A stretch of 64,000 nt of DNA, taken from the NCBI GenBank assembly GCA_951812955.1, contig OX638340.1, positions 768,001-832,000 on the forward strand. Reading direction: 5' to 3'. This document shows positions 49,417 to 61,476 of this stretch, piece after piece; position 1 is the stretch's first letter; each line of letters starts with the position of its first letter. Below the pieces are notes generated by a model. It was not told where the DNA came from, did not search any database, and saw nothing but the letters and a program-made list of their open reading frames with translations. Source of the stretch: an uncultured Gemmatimonadota bacterium (lineage in GTDB: Bacteria; JAAXHH01). The position numbers were made by a program, and so were the translations under genes.

Positions 49417-49445
49417 TTGACAGGCCATAGACCGCCGTCTACATT
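49417..49445 (+). promoter_or_regulatory. Sigma70-like promoter, TTGACA-17-TACATT, upstream of the BNR gene
   Basis: TTGACAggccatagaccgccgtcTACATT lies about 95 nt upstream of ATG 49538. Confidence 0.5.
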
Positions 49446-49537
49446 GTCAGTCGGTTGTCTGTGCTGATAATCAGTCGGTAGTTCCGTGATTTTAGCCATT
49501 GGACTGGTAAGACTGGCGAAGACACAAAGGAGCGAAT

Positions 49538-50653
49538 ATGGGCAGGGTCAGGGTGCTGGTAGGCACTCGTAAAGGGGCGTTTATCCTCTCAGCGGATGGG
49601 AACCGTAGAGACTGGGAAATCGACGGGCCTCATTTTGGAGGTTGGGAGGTCTATCACATCAATGGATCCAGGGTCAATCCTGATCGCCTTTACGCAGCCC
49701 AGGCCACCGGCTGGTTCGGCCAGTTGGTGCAGAAATCGGACGACGGGGGTAAAAGCTGGAACCCGGTGAGCAACAAATTCGCCTTCGAGGGAGAGGTGGG
49801 CACTCACCTTGATTTCGACGACACCCCCCGTCCCTGGGGATTCAAGCGGGTCTGGCACTTCGAATCTTCGCTTTCCGATCCGGACACCGTGTACGCGGGC
49901 GTCGAGGACGCGGCGCTCTTCCGCTCGACGGACGGGGGCCAGTCCTGGCTGGAACTCGCCGGCCTGAGAAACCACCCGTCTAGCACGGGCTGGCATCCCG
50001 GTGCGGGCGGCCTTTGCCTGCACACCATTCTACTGGACCGGGGCGACCCGAATCGGTTGATCGTAGCTATTTCCGTGGCCGGTGCCTTCCGTTCCCTGGA
50101 CGGCGGCTTTTCCTGGCAACCGATCAACCAGGGCCTGCATTCCGACTACATGCCTGAACCCGATGCCGAGGTGGGTCACTGCGTCCATCGGCTCGCGATG
50201 CATCCAATCCGACCGGACTTGCTGTTCATGCAGAGCCACAGGAACATCATGCGCAGCGACAACGGGGGAGATTCCTGGAGCAATGTGAGCGGCAACCTGC
50301 CCAGCGATTTCGGATTCCCGATCAGTGTGCACGCCCACGAACCCGAAACGGTCTATGTCGTCCCGATGAAGAGCGATTCCGAGCACTATCCGGATGAAGG
50401 CCACCTGCGCGTCTACCGGAGCCGGACCGGCGGTAACGAATGGGAGCCGCTGTCGTCCGGACTGCCGCAGAAAGACTGCTACGTCAATGTCCTCAGGGAT
50501 GCCATGGACGTGGATACGCTCGATGACTGCGGGGTATACTTTGGAACTTCCGGGGGAGCGGTCTACGTTTCCCCAGACGGTGGAGATCACTGGACGGCCA
50601 TCACGCAGAATCTGCCTCCGGTGATGTCCGTCCAGGTCCAGACGCTCCCATGA
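49538..50653 (+). CDS. BNR/Asp-box repeat beta-propeller protein (Ycf48-like or sialidase-like fold), cytoplasmic
   Basis: There are four clear Asp-boxes: [24 protein letters not shown] and SPDGGDHW. I see no signal peptide. Confidence 0.7.
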   Translation: MGRVRVLVGTRKGAFILSADGNRRDWEIDGPHFGGWEVYHINGSRVNPDRLYAAQATGWFGQLVQKSDDGGKSWNPVSNKFAFEGEVGTHLDFDDTPRPWGFKRVWHFESSLSDPDTVYAGVEDAALFRSTDGGQSWLELAGLRNHPSSTGWHPGAGGLCLHTILLDRGDPNRLIVAISVAGAFRSLDGGFSWQPINQGLHSDYMPEPDAEVGHCVHRLAMHPIRPDLLFMQSHRNIMRSDNGGDSWSNVSGNLPSDFGFPISVHAHEPETVYVVPMKSDSEHYPDEGHLRVYRSRTGGNEWEPLSSGLPQKDCYVNVLRDAMDVDTLDDCGVYFGTSGGAVYVSPDGGDHWTAITQNLPPVMSVQVQTLP

Positions 50654-50952
50654 TACGCGTCGTTCTGCCCCATCACCTGCGGAACCTGGCGGGATGCCGG
50701 GACAGGGAAGTCATCCTGCAGGTCGCCGGCGGGATCGTGACCCAGCGCAAGATCCTGGACGCGCTCGAAGCACGCTTTCCCCAACTCGGCGGTACGGTCC
50801 GGGACTACGAGACCGGTGCTCGCCGGCCTCTTGTGCGGTTTTTCGGCTGCGGAATGGACCTCTCCCTCGAATCACCCGACGCACCGGTGCCCGACACCAT
50901 TTCACGGGGCGAGGAGCCCTACCGGATCGTGGGTTCGGTCGCCGGGGGGTAG
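50650..50952 (+). CDS. MoaD/ThiS/CysO-family ubiquitin-like beta-grasp protein ending in Gly-Gly
   Basis: 100 aa. The [11 protein letters not shown]...start resembles MoaD/CysO, and the C-terminus is ...RIVGSVAGG-stop. The ATGA overlap with the BNR gene indicates translational coupling. Confidence 0.6.
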   Translation: MIRVVLPHHLRNLAGCRDREVILQVAGGIVTQRKILDALEARFPQLGGTVRDYETGARRPLVRFFGCGMDLSLESPDAPVPDTISRGEEPYRIVGSVAGG

Positions 50953-50960
50953 CCCTGGCC

Positions 50961-53315
50961 CTATTTCAACATTTTCACGATTTCATCATGCCCGGCTTTC
51001 TGCGCACGCGCAAACGGCGTAGCCCATTCCGCGCCCCCGGCACTGGGATCCGCGCCTCGTCCAAGCAGGAACTCCACCATGTCCCGGTGCCCCCAGCGCG
51101 CAGCCCATCCAAGCGGCGTCGAGCACCACTCGTCATCGATGGCTTCAATGGCCGCGCCGCGATCCAGCAACAGGGCGGCCTTTTCCACGTCACCGATCGC
51201 GGCCAGCTTGTGCAGGTAGGTGACGCCGTGCCAGTTGGCGTTATTGGGATCAGCCCCGCTGTCAAAAAACAGGTTCAGCATGTCCAGGATATCGTCATGC
51301 GGTCGCAAGGCGGCTCCGTCCAGTTTCCAGCCCTTTCGCCGTCTGAAGGCGTATCCCATGTAGTTGTTGGCGTACCACGGACGGTTCAGTTCGGCGCCAG
51401 CGCGGATCAGCATTTCGATAATCTCCTTGCGGGCGAATCCGGCTGCCATGCAAAGCACCCCGTAGTCGCCTCCGTAATTGGCCAGTCCTGGGTCCGCGCC
51501 GAGCAGTTCTCCAACGACCGGAATGTTATCTCTTAAAACGTACAAACCAATATCTGCCGTTGCACCGTGCTGATAGAGCAGGTTGATCATTTCCTCATTT
51601 TTGTCCCGTCCCAGTGCCTGGGTCAATGGATTGCCGCTCGACTCCACCGGCGCATTCGGGTCGGCTCCGCGTTCCAGCAGGAGTTTTGCGGTCTCGAGGT
51701 GATCGCCGGCTACGGCTTCGTACAACGCGTGACCGCGAGGCGCGTTGTACTCTGGCGCGTTGGGATCGGCCCCTTGGTCCAGCAGAAGTCGAACGATATC
51801 GGTATACCCCTGCCCCGCCGCGCTGTAGAGGGGGGAGAACCCGCAGGAATCCTGGTCGCTGACCAGGTTGCTGTCCCGCGCGAGCAGTTCCCGTACTCGC
51901 CGTTCGTCCCCCAGGGCACACGCGACGGTCATGCTGTATTCCGCTCCCCTCGCGACCAGGTATCCAGTCAGCAGCGGATTGGTCCGCCCCTGGGTTTTGC
52001 GGGCTCGAAACACGGCCAGGTGAAGGGGTTTGCATCTATCCCACCTTACCGGATCCGGTTCGGCCCCCAAATCCAACAGCAGGGCCGTCATTCCCAGGTT
52101 GTATTCTTCCACGGCCACGTGCAGCGGCCGACTGCCGCGTTCGTCGCCGGCGTTAACCAATTCCGGCGAGGCATTAAAAAACGCACGGGCCTCTTCCAGA
52201 TCGCCCTCCCGAACGATCTCGCAGGCGCGCTGGCCTACAGGGGGCGCTTCGTACCTGTTTGAAATCGCCTCCGTCAACAGTCCGGCGATCTCGTCGTATC
52301 CGCGGTCCCGGGCCCGATCCAGCGGCGGCACGTGGTATTCGAGTCCCGATGCCGAGGCGGGATCCGCGCCATGGTCGAGCAACAGGCGTACTGCTTCCGC
52401 ATGCCCTTCCCTGACAGCGAAGTGGAGCGGCTGGTAGTAAGCCCAGTTGCAGTTCGCCAGCCCCGGCTCTTTAAGCAACAGATCCTGGATCCTGGCCAGG
52501 TCTCCTTCAACCGCGGCCAACAGCATGTCCCATACCCTATCTGGCTTGCCATCCATGAAAAGACCTTGCTCGTTCGTGAAATCGGGTCGAATCCATTTCA
52601 TAACTCGGTCTCCGAATGCATCGTCCGTCGACGGCGCGTAATGATTGAGGTCCTGGTAAAGGACGCGGAAAAGACGGGGTTTCAGTTTGTTGCGGGCTTC
52701 GTAGAGCCGCTTGCGTACCGTGCCCGCTTTCAAACCCATGAACCCCGCGATTTCAGTCGGGGAATAGTCTCCAATATACCTCAGCAGCGTTACTTCTCTT
52801 AACGTCTCCGGCAGTGCTTCGACCGCCTCGCGGACCTTGTCGCTCAGGTCTTCGCGCGTAACCCGGTCCAGGGGACTTTCCCCGGTGGCCTGTAGTTTGT
52901 CCTCCATGGGCACAAGTACGTGGTTCTGACTTCTCCGGTACCGATAGCACTGCCATTGCACGATGCGTCGCAGCCAGGCCGGAAACGCGTCCGGTTCACG
53001 CAGCGACCGGATGTTCTGCCACGCGGCGACAAACCCTTCCTGCGTGGCGTCCTCCGCCAGGTGGCGTTCACCCAGGAGGCTTAGCGCGTAACCGAAAGCC
53101 ATGTCCTGATAGTAAGCCACCAGCTTGCCGAAGGCGAATCCTCGATCTGAATCGGGTACCGTGGCGTCCGTGGAGGCCTGTATGCATTTTAAAATATCGT
53201 TGGTCATCGTCTGCCGTTGGGTTTCACCTGCAGCATCATTAATTAGTGAAATTCGTATTAAACTAGTACCATAAATCCTACCAGACGTTACAAATAGTTG
53301 ATAGATTGACACCAC
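50961..53315 (-). CDS. ECF-type sigma-70 factor fused to a roughly 550 aa ankyrin-repeat C-terminal extension
   Basis: Sigma region 2 is DSDRGFAFGKLVAYYQDMAFGYAL...EDATQEGFVAAWQNIRSL. Region 4 is LREVTLLRYIGDYSPTEIAGFMGLKAGTVRKRLYEARNKL. After that come at least 8 ankyrin repeats (PLHFAVREGHAEAVRLLLDHGADP, SPLYSAAGQGYTDIVRLLLDQGADPNA, TPLGWAARWGHRDMVEFLLGRGADP and others). The likely start is MTNDILK at 53207. Confidence 0.75.
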   Translation of the reverse strand: MVSIYQLFVTSGRIYGTSLIRISLINDAAGETQRQTMTNDILKCIQASTDATVPDSDRGFAFGKLVAYYQDMAFGYALSLLGERHLAEDATQEGFVAAWQNIRSLREPDAFPAWLRRIVQWQCYRYRRSQNHVLVPMEDKLQATGESPLDRVTREDLSDKVREAVEALPETLREVTLLRYIGDYSPTEIAGFMGLKAGTVRKRLYEARNKLKPRLFRVLYQDLNHYAPSTDDAFGDRVMKWIRPDFTNEQGLFMDGKPDRVWDMLLAAVEGDLARIQDLLLKEPGLANCNWAYYQPLHFAVREGHAEAVRLLLDHGADPASASGLEYHVPPLDRARDRGYDEIAGLLTEAISNRYEAPPVGQRACEIVREGDLEEARAFFNASPELVNAGDERGSRPLHVAVEEYNLGMTALLLDLGAEPDPVRWDRCKPLHLAVFRARKTQGRTNPLLTGYLVARGAEYSMTVACALGDERRVRELLARDSNLVSDQDSCGFSPLYSAAGQGYTDIVRLLLDQGADPNAPEYNAPRGHALYEAVAGDHLETAKLLLERGADPNAPVESSGNPLTQALGRDKNEEMINLLYQHGATADIGLYVLRDNIPVVGELLGADPGLANYGGDYGVLCMAAGFARKEIIEMLIRAGAELNRPWYANNYMGYAFRRRKGWKLDGAALRPHDDILDMLNLFFDSGADPNNANWHGVTYLHKLAAIGDVEKAALLLDRGAAIEAIDDEWCSTPLGWAARWGHRDMVEFLLGRGADPSAGGAEWATPFARAQKAGHDEIVKMLK

Positions 53316-53431
53316 ATTTTACGATTTCCGGGAATCGAAGCCGATCAGGCGGGCTGAATGATCACGAATATGATGAGATGAACAAAAGTCAACCGTAGCA
53401 AGTCGTTTACGTTGAATGTGGGGATAGCGCT

Positions 53432-53803
53432 ATGACCGACCTGAAAGTAAGCGCGCTCAGGGTTTTTGTCCCATCTAAGGACCACGAAACTTCGACCCGG
53501 TTCTACGAGGACCTCGGATTCGAAGCGGTCTGGTCCGGCCATGGGGTGACTGAGCTGCGGATTGAAGGATTCAGCTTTTTCCTTCAGAACTACTATCAGA
53601 AGGAATGGGCGGATAACTTCATGATACAGTTAAGGGTATCGGACCTGGATGCGTGGTGGCGGCACATCGTGGATAAGGATCTCGTGGCGCGATATGAGGG
53701 CGTCCGTGCCGCGGAGCCCAGGGTCCAGCCGTGGGGGCTTCGCGAGATCAACCTGATCGATCCCGCCGGCGTACTGTGGCACATCGCCGAAGAGCGGGAC
53801 TGA
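53432..53803 (+). CDS. VOC-family (glyoxalase/bleomycin-resistance-like) protein
   Basis: 123 aa with a single VOC module. Confidence 0.6.
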   Translation: MTDLKVSALRVFVPSKDHETSTRFYEDLGFEAVWSGHGVTELRIEGFSFFLQNYYQKEWADNFMIQLRVSDLDAWWRHIVDKDLVARYEGVRAAEPRVQPWGLREINLIDPAGVLWHIAEERD

Positions 53804-53822
53804 CCCGCTAAACTGACCCTGA

Positions 53823-54737
53823 TCAGGTCCCCCCGGAGCCGTAATCCGCCAGGAGGTAATGCACGGCCAGGTTGGTGAAGTTGCCCCAACGGTCCGCGAA
53901 TTCCCGGATTCGCTCCTCGGAAACCCGCTCTCCGTTGAAGTAATGCCGCTCGATGGAGCGCTTAACCGCCAGGTCGCCCGCGGCGATGACGTTGCCCCTC
54001 CCCACGTAACGGGCGAGAAACCAGTCCGCCGTCCAGCGGCCGATTCCCACCAGGGCCGTCAGCGCCCGTTGCACCGAAGCGTCGTCCATTTCCGCCAGTC
54101 CATCCAGGTCGACTTCGCCCGACTGGATCGCCTGCGCCAGGTTGATGATATACCGTTCCTTCTGCCTGGAAAACTGCAATGGAACCAGATCGCCCGGGTT
54201 CAGTTGCGCCAGCCGCCCGGGGGTCGGGAAGGCATAGTGGGTTTCGCCACCGAAATCCACGGACTCTCCAAACTCGGCGACTAGCCTTCCCCGTACCGTG
54301 TAGGCGAACCCGAGGTTGATCTGCTGGGCCGTGATGGAGGAAACGAGCATCTCGAAGGGATCTACCTGCAGGTTGGGTCGCAGGCCATGGTGTTTGTCGA
54401 CCGAGGCGGACAGGACAGGGTCCTTTGACGCGAATGCGTAGAATTCCGGTAGCGGGAAGGAAAGGCCGAGGATCTTTCCGGCCGCCCCGAGCGCCGTGTC
54501 GATCACCGAGGAATCCGCCTGTACAGCCGCATCCCTGTGCGTCAGACGCATATTGATCCGGTCACCCGATCGATACAGCGCGATCAGGCAAGACCCCTTC
54601 CCGGTTTCTATCACCTTGCTGAAGACACCATCCCGGAACCGGTTGGCGACGTCGCTGCCGTACCGCCGGTACCGATCGAGGGTGGCCTCGAAGTCGAGGA
54701 CCGTATCTTCATCTGCTACAGATAACTCTCCCGGCAT
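53823..54737 (-). CDS. alkA: DNA-3-methyladenine glycosylase II (AlkA-like, HhH-GPD)
   Basis: There is an AlkA N-terminal domain. The helix-hairpin-helix is LVGIGRWTADWFL, and the catalytic Asp lies in AAGDLAVKR. Confidence 0.7.
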   Translation of the reverse strand: MPGELSVADEDTVLDFEATLDRYRRYGSDVANRFRDGVFSKVIETGKGSCLIALYRSGDRINMRLTHRDAAVQADSSVIDTALGAAGKILGLSFPLPEFYAFASKDPVLSASVDKHHGLRPNLQVDPFEMLVSSITAQQINLGFAYTVRGRLVAEFGESVDFGGETHYAFPTPGRLAQLNPGDLVPLQFSRQKERYIINLAQAIQSGEVDLDGLAEMDDASVQRALTALVGIGRWTADWFLARYVGRGNVIAAGDLAVKRSIERHYFNGERVSEERIREFADRWGNFTNLAVHYLLADYGSGGT

Positions 54738-54853
54738 GATGGTCTGGTATTTCCCGACTCAACGAAGTCGACGCGGCCGTGCACGAACCGCACGAATCGT
54801 GTAGTCCGTGCGGTCTGAGCGGTCCGCAAGCTGCCTGATAAGACTTAATTCGA

Positions 54854-55207
54854 TCAGGATTCGTTTGGCTTCCAAAGACCGACGAAGGTGCCCTCGATAT
54901 CCGTTATCCACGCGAAATGCCCCATGCCCGGAACTTCGGTCGGCGGAACGATGGACGATCCGCCCAGTTCCTCGGCCTTCGCGATATACGCATCGAGATC
55001 GTCGACCTGTACATAGATCAGCGTATAGTTGTGCGGTTCATGGCCGAGCGCTGAAATGTGTCCGCTGATCCCCGAATCATCATCCGGCAGGATCATGGAA
55101 GCATGTTCATGGGATTCCATGTTCCACCCGAACAAACTGCCGTAGAAGGCCTGTGTCTCTTCCCGGTTCTTACAGCCGATCTCGAAGTGTACGACGGGGT
55201 TTGGCAT
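54854..55207 (-). CDS. VOC-family (glyoxalase-like) protein
   Basis: 117 aa. The VOC N-terminal signature VVHFEIGCKNREETQAFYGSLFGW is present. Confidence 0.65.
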   Translation of the reverse strand: MPNPVVHFEIGCKNREETQAFYGSLFGWNMESHEHASMILPDDDSGISGHISALGHEPHNYTLIYVQVDDLDAYIAKAEELGGSSIVPPTEVPGMGHFAWITDIEGTFVGLWKPNES

Positions 55208-55260
55208 GTTGATTCTCCCTGGGTTGTGGCGCGGGTACCTAGCGCGAGATTGAATACAAC

Positions 55261-55310
55261 GGTCAATACGTGGTGCTCAGCTCAGGTCAACACGTGGTGC
55301 TCAGGTCAAT
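55261..55310. repeat. 20 bp direct repeat GGTCAAyACGTGGTGCTCAG x2, plus a third partial copy, immediately upstream of the VOC gene
   Basis: GGTCAATACGTGGTGCTCAG-ctca-GGTCAACACGTGGTGCTCAG-GTCAATGGTTGC. Each full copy contains an ACGTG core. Confidence 0.8.
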
Positions 55311-55322
55311 GGTTGCGAAATA

Positions 55323-55913
55323 TCATCTGTACTTGTCGTGCAGGCCCTGTCCGGCCAGGATCATGGGCAGAATCTTCTCCAGACGCTTTTTTCTGGTCTC
55401 CTCACGTTTGGCCTCGGCGACATGCTCGGCGAATGCTCTCCGCTTTCCAGGGGAGAACGCTTCGAAGCGTTCGCGGAGGTCTTCGTTTTCGGCCAGGACG
55501 ACGGCTAATTCGTCAGGAATCTGGAGAGGCTTGTTACGGTCCGCCTTGATCTCCCGGCCCTGGCGCTGGTTCTCGATAGACTCTTCTACGTAGGACCGAA
55601 GCAGCCCTTCGTCGATTTCGTCCTCGGTCCGGATTCTCCACTGTCTCAGGGCCTTTGTCCTGCCTTCCTGGGCATTGACCAGCACACCTCGTTCGTCACG
55701 CAGCAGCGCGCCCTGGTGGAACCATATGCTGACGAAGTCCTTGAAGGCGGCCAGACCGATCAGGTTTTTACCCTGAAAGGTATAGCACGGCGCGCCCCAC
55801 TTGACGGTTTCTACGAGTTCCGATTCGGCCACCACGGTGCGTAACCGGTCCAGGACTGAGCGCCATTCGGCGTGCGCCTCCAGGTACTCGGGTACGGTCT
55901 TGAATCGTTTCAA
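55323..55913 (-). CDS. YdeI/DUF1801-family protein
   Basis: The N-terminal DUF1801 region is VPEYLEAHAEWRSVLDRLR...VKWGAPCY. The C-terminal YdeI-like region is PDELAVVLAENEDLRERFEAFSPGKRRAF. Confidence 0.55.
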   Translation of the reverse strand: MKRFKTVPEYLEAHAEWRSVLDRLRTVVAESELVETVKWGAPCYTFQGKNLIGLAAFKDFVSIWFHQGALLRDERGVLVNAQEGRTKALRQWRIRTEDEIDEGLLRSYVEESIENQRQGREIKADRNKPLQIPDELAVVLAENEDLRERFEAFSPGKRRAFAEHVAEAKREETRKKRLEKILPMILAGQGLHDKYR

Positions 55914-55976
55914 ATGATGTCCTTTCGAAGACGGTCAGATTGTGGGCCGGTGCCGGTCCCAGTGCGTTGGGACAAT

Positions 55977-58488
55977 TTACCGGGGTCCTCGCACCGCCGT
56001 GGAATCTATCGCTTTAGAACCGGGCGTGGAGGCGCCGCCGAACAGACTGAGCCGGCCCGAGATCGCGGCTTCCACGTCCAGGTCGTAAACCTGGGAAATG
56101 GTGGTAACGATGGGACGGATCTGCTTTTCAATGTAATGACCGTAATCAACGGGCGCGTCAAGCTGGCCTTCCGGTTGAGGTCCGTCTCGCGTGATCACGT
56201 ACCGAATGACGCCGGTGGGATTGTCCATGAGTCTGGCGGCCTTTACGTGGGGCGGTACCGAGCGCGTGTAGAACTCCACCGGTTTTCGCAGGTTCTTTCT
56301 GTACACCAGCAGGTCGTCTTTTTGCCCGGACTGTACAGAGAGGACCCACCTGAAGATCTCGTCTTCGATCTCGACACCGGGCGATTCGTGAAATACCCGG
56401 TCGAGCAGGACGGCCTGCAGCTGGTGCGCCAGGTCGGTCCAGTCCCTTCGTACTGCTTCCATCCCGACGATTTCCACCCGGTCGCCATCGCGGTCGCGTC
56501 TGAGCCCCGCGTATCCCTTGGCCCGTCCCCGTTCGCTGTCCCCCCGCATGGATGGCAACAGAAACCGGTGGTAGTGCTTTTCCAGTTCCAGTTCGAGAAA
56601 AGAGGAAACGCCATACCGCTCCTTGACGTGCTCGGCAAGCCGTTCGTTGATACGATTGCACACCGCGCCACCGAGCCTAAGGGCTTCACCCGGATCGGCA
56701 AGGTCTGGCGCGTTCAGATCGACGAAAACCGAGTCGGTATCCCCATACAGCACCTTGTAGCCGTCTTTCTCCAGCTCGTCGCGACACCACCTTAGAATGT
56801 AGTGGCCGAACTCGGTGATTGCGCCGGCCAGCTGGGGCGCGGCGAATCGGCAGGAAGCCGACGCCAGCACGCCGTAGAACGAATTCATGACGATCTTGTA
56901 GGTGAAGGAAGCAAGGTCGTCGCCGCTGGCCTTGGCCTCCTCGCGGCTTTTAAAGAACTGCTCCAGCATGGAGGGCAGGATGCCGGGCGTTCGGGTGAAT
57001 CGCGCGCCGTTGGGCGCGGTAAGACAGTCATCTTCGTCCATCTCGTCCCGTGCCTCGATATGGGCCAGGGGATCGATGTTGAAGGTTCGTATGATGGACG
57101 GATAAAGGCTCTTGAAATCAAAGACGAATATGTTCCTGTACAGCCCTGCCTTCGACGGTATGATGAGCCCCCCCGGCGCGCCGGCGCCCGGGGTACGGTC
57201 CACGCCGGTTGTCGGCGCCACCATGCTGCGCTGATGCAGGGCGTTGATGTAGATATTGTCGAAGGCGGCCACGCTCACCCAGGCGCGTTCCAGTGGCAGG
57301 CCCGTGAGCAGTCCCCTGCGCAAGGTAAGGTTGATCAACCCTTCCGCTTCCAGGATATCCAGAACCAGCCGGGCATCCTCCAGGCAATAGGCGCAGAAGA
57401 GGTTACGGTCCTCGCGATAGACTTCCGTGATCTGCTCCGCCCTCGAATTCCCCGAATCCTCTTCGAGCAGCTTACCCCGGCCCAGGATGGCGTGGGCCAC
57501 CGTGCCCAGCCGGTAGTCATCGAACCTTTGCAGCGTGCCGCGCAGGAGATGCAGGGCATCCAGGATCTGGCGCCCGTGGATGACCATGGTGCTGCCGCCC
57601 CAAACTTCGCCGGACCGGTACCAGGACTGGTCCGCCGTCCGCCCGAGCTGAAAAGGCACGTTCAGGTCCCTGAAGCGCCGTTGCAGCACTTTCATATCGA
57701 AGTCGACCAGGTTCCATCCGGTGAGCAGGTCGGGATCCATTTCGAGCAACCTCGCCGACACACCGCGAAGCATCGACGCCTCGTCGGCCCAGCAGACCAG
57801 GGAGGCCGGGTCACCCGGAGCGGGTGCGCCCACCATGTGGATTTCTTCCGATTCGACGCCCGAGATCGTATCCGCGAGGATCAAGCCGACGGCGTAAATG
57901 GTGGTCGCTTTCGGATCCGTTTCTATGTCCAGAGCCAGTACGCGGAATGACGGCTCCCAGTAAGCAGGCTTCAGCGTAGGGTTGGCATACACTCGGTCGA
58001 CCCGGTCGCCGGGCGTCCAGGAACCGCTGATCCGGACGCCGCCGCGCAATCCAAGTCCGATCAGGAACTGTCTGCCGAAAGGCAGGTCGCCTTCGTAACT
58101 TCGCGTGCCCTGGGCCTCGAGCCCTTTGGCCAGGCCGCGCTGATCCCGTACGCGGTCGCACTGGACGCCGACCACCGGTTCGCCATCCATGGTTGTGTAT
58201 TCCGACGGGACTAACCGTGCCGTGACCTCGTTGGAACCGATCCGGTCGGATGCCGCCTGCGTTTCCGAGGTCCTGACGAAGAGTGCAGGAGAAACGCGAT
58301 CATCCGTAAACAGGAACGTATGACCACCCTGGAGCTTGCCGACGCCGCAGATGACGTCACGTCCGCGCTCCGTGCGATGAAAGACGTGGAGCAGGTAGCC
58401 TACGTCTCCTCCGCCATCCGGGGATTCGTGCTGATCCGCGGGGTCACTGGACGGAAGTGAGCGATCCCTGCCGGGGTTGTGTTCAGTT

Positions 58489-58502
<14 letters not shown>
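55977..58502 (-). CDS. polB: Family B DNA polymerase (DNA polymerase II)
   Basis: Exo I is LALDIETD. Motif A is [15 protein letters not shown], motif B is [13 protein letters not shown] and motif C is [11 protein letters not shown]. These are near-identical to the E. coli Pol II motifs. The start overlaps the uvrA stop by 14 nt. Confidence 0.9.
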
Positions 58503-61446
<2,944 letters not shown>

Positions 61447-61476
61447 CCAGGTGACTCCGTAATACGTCTGGCACCT

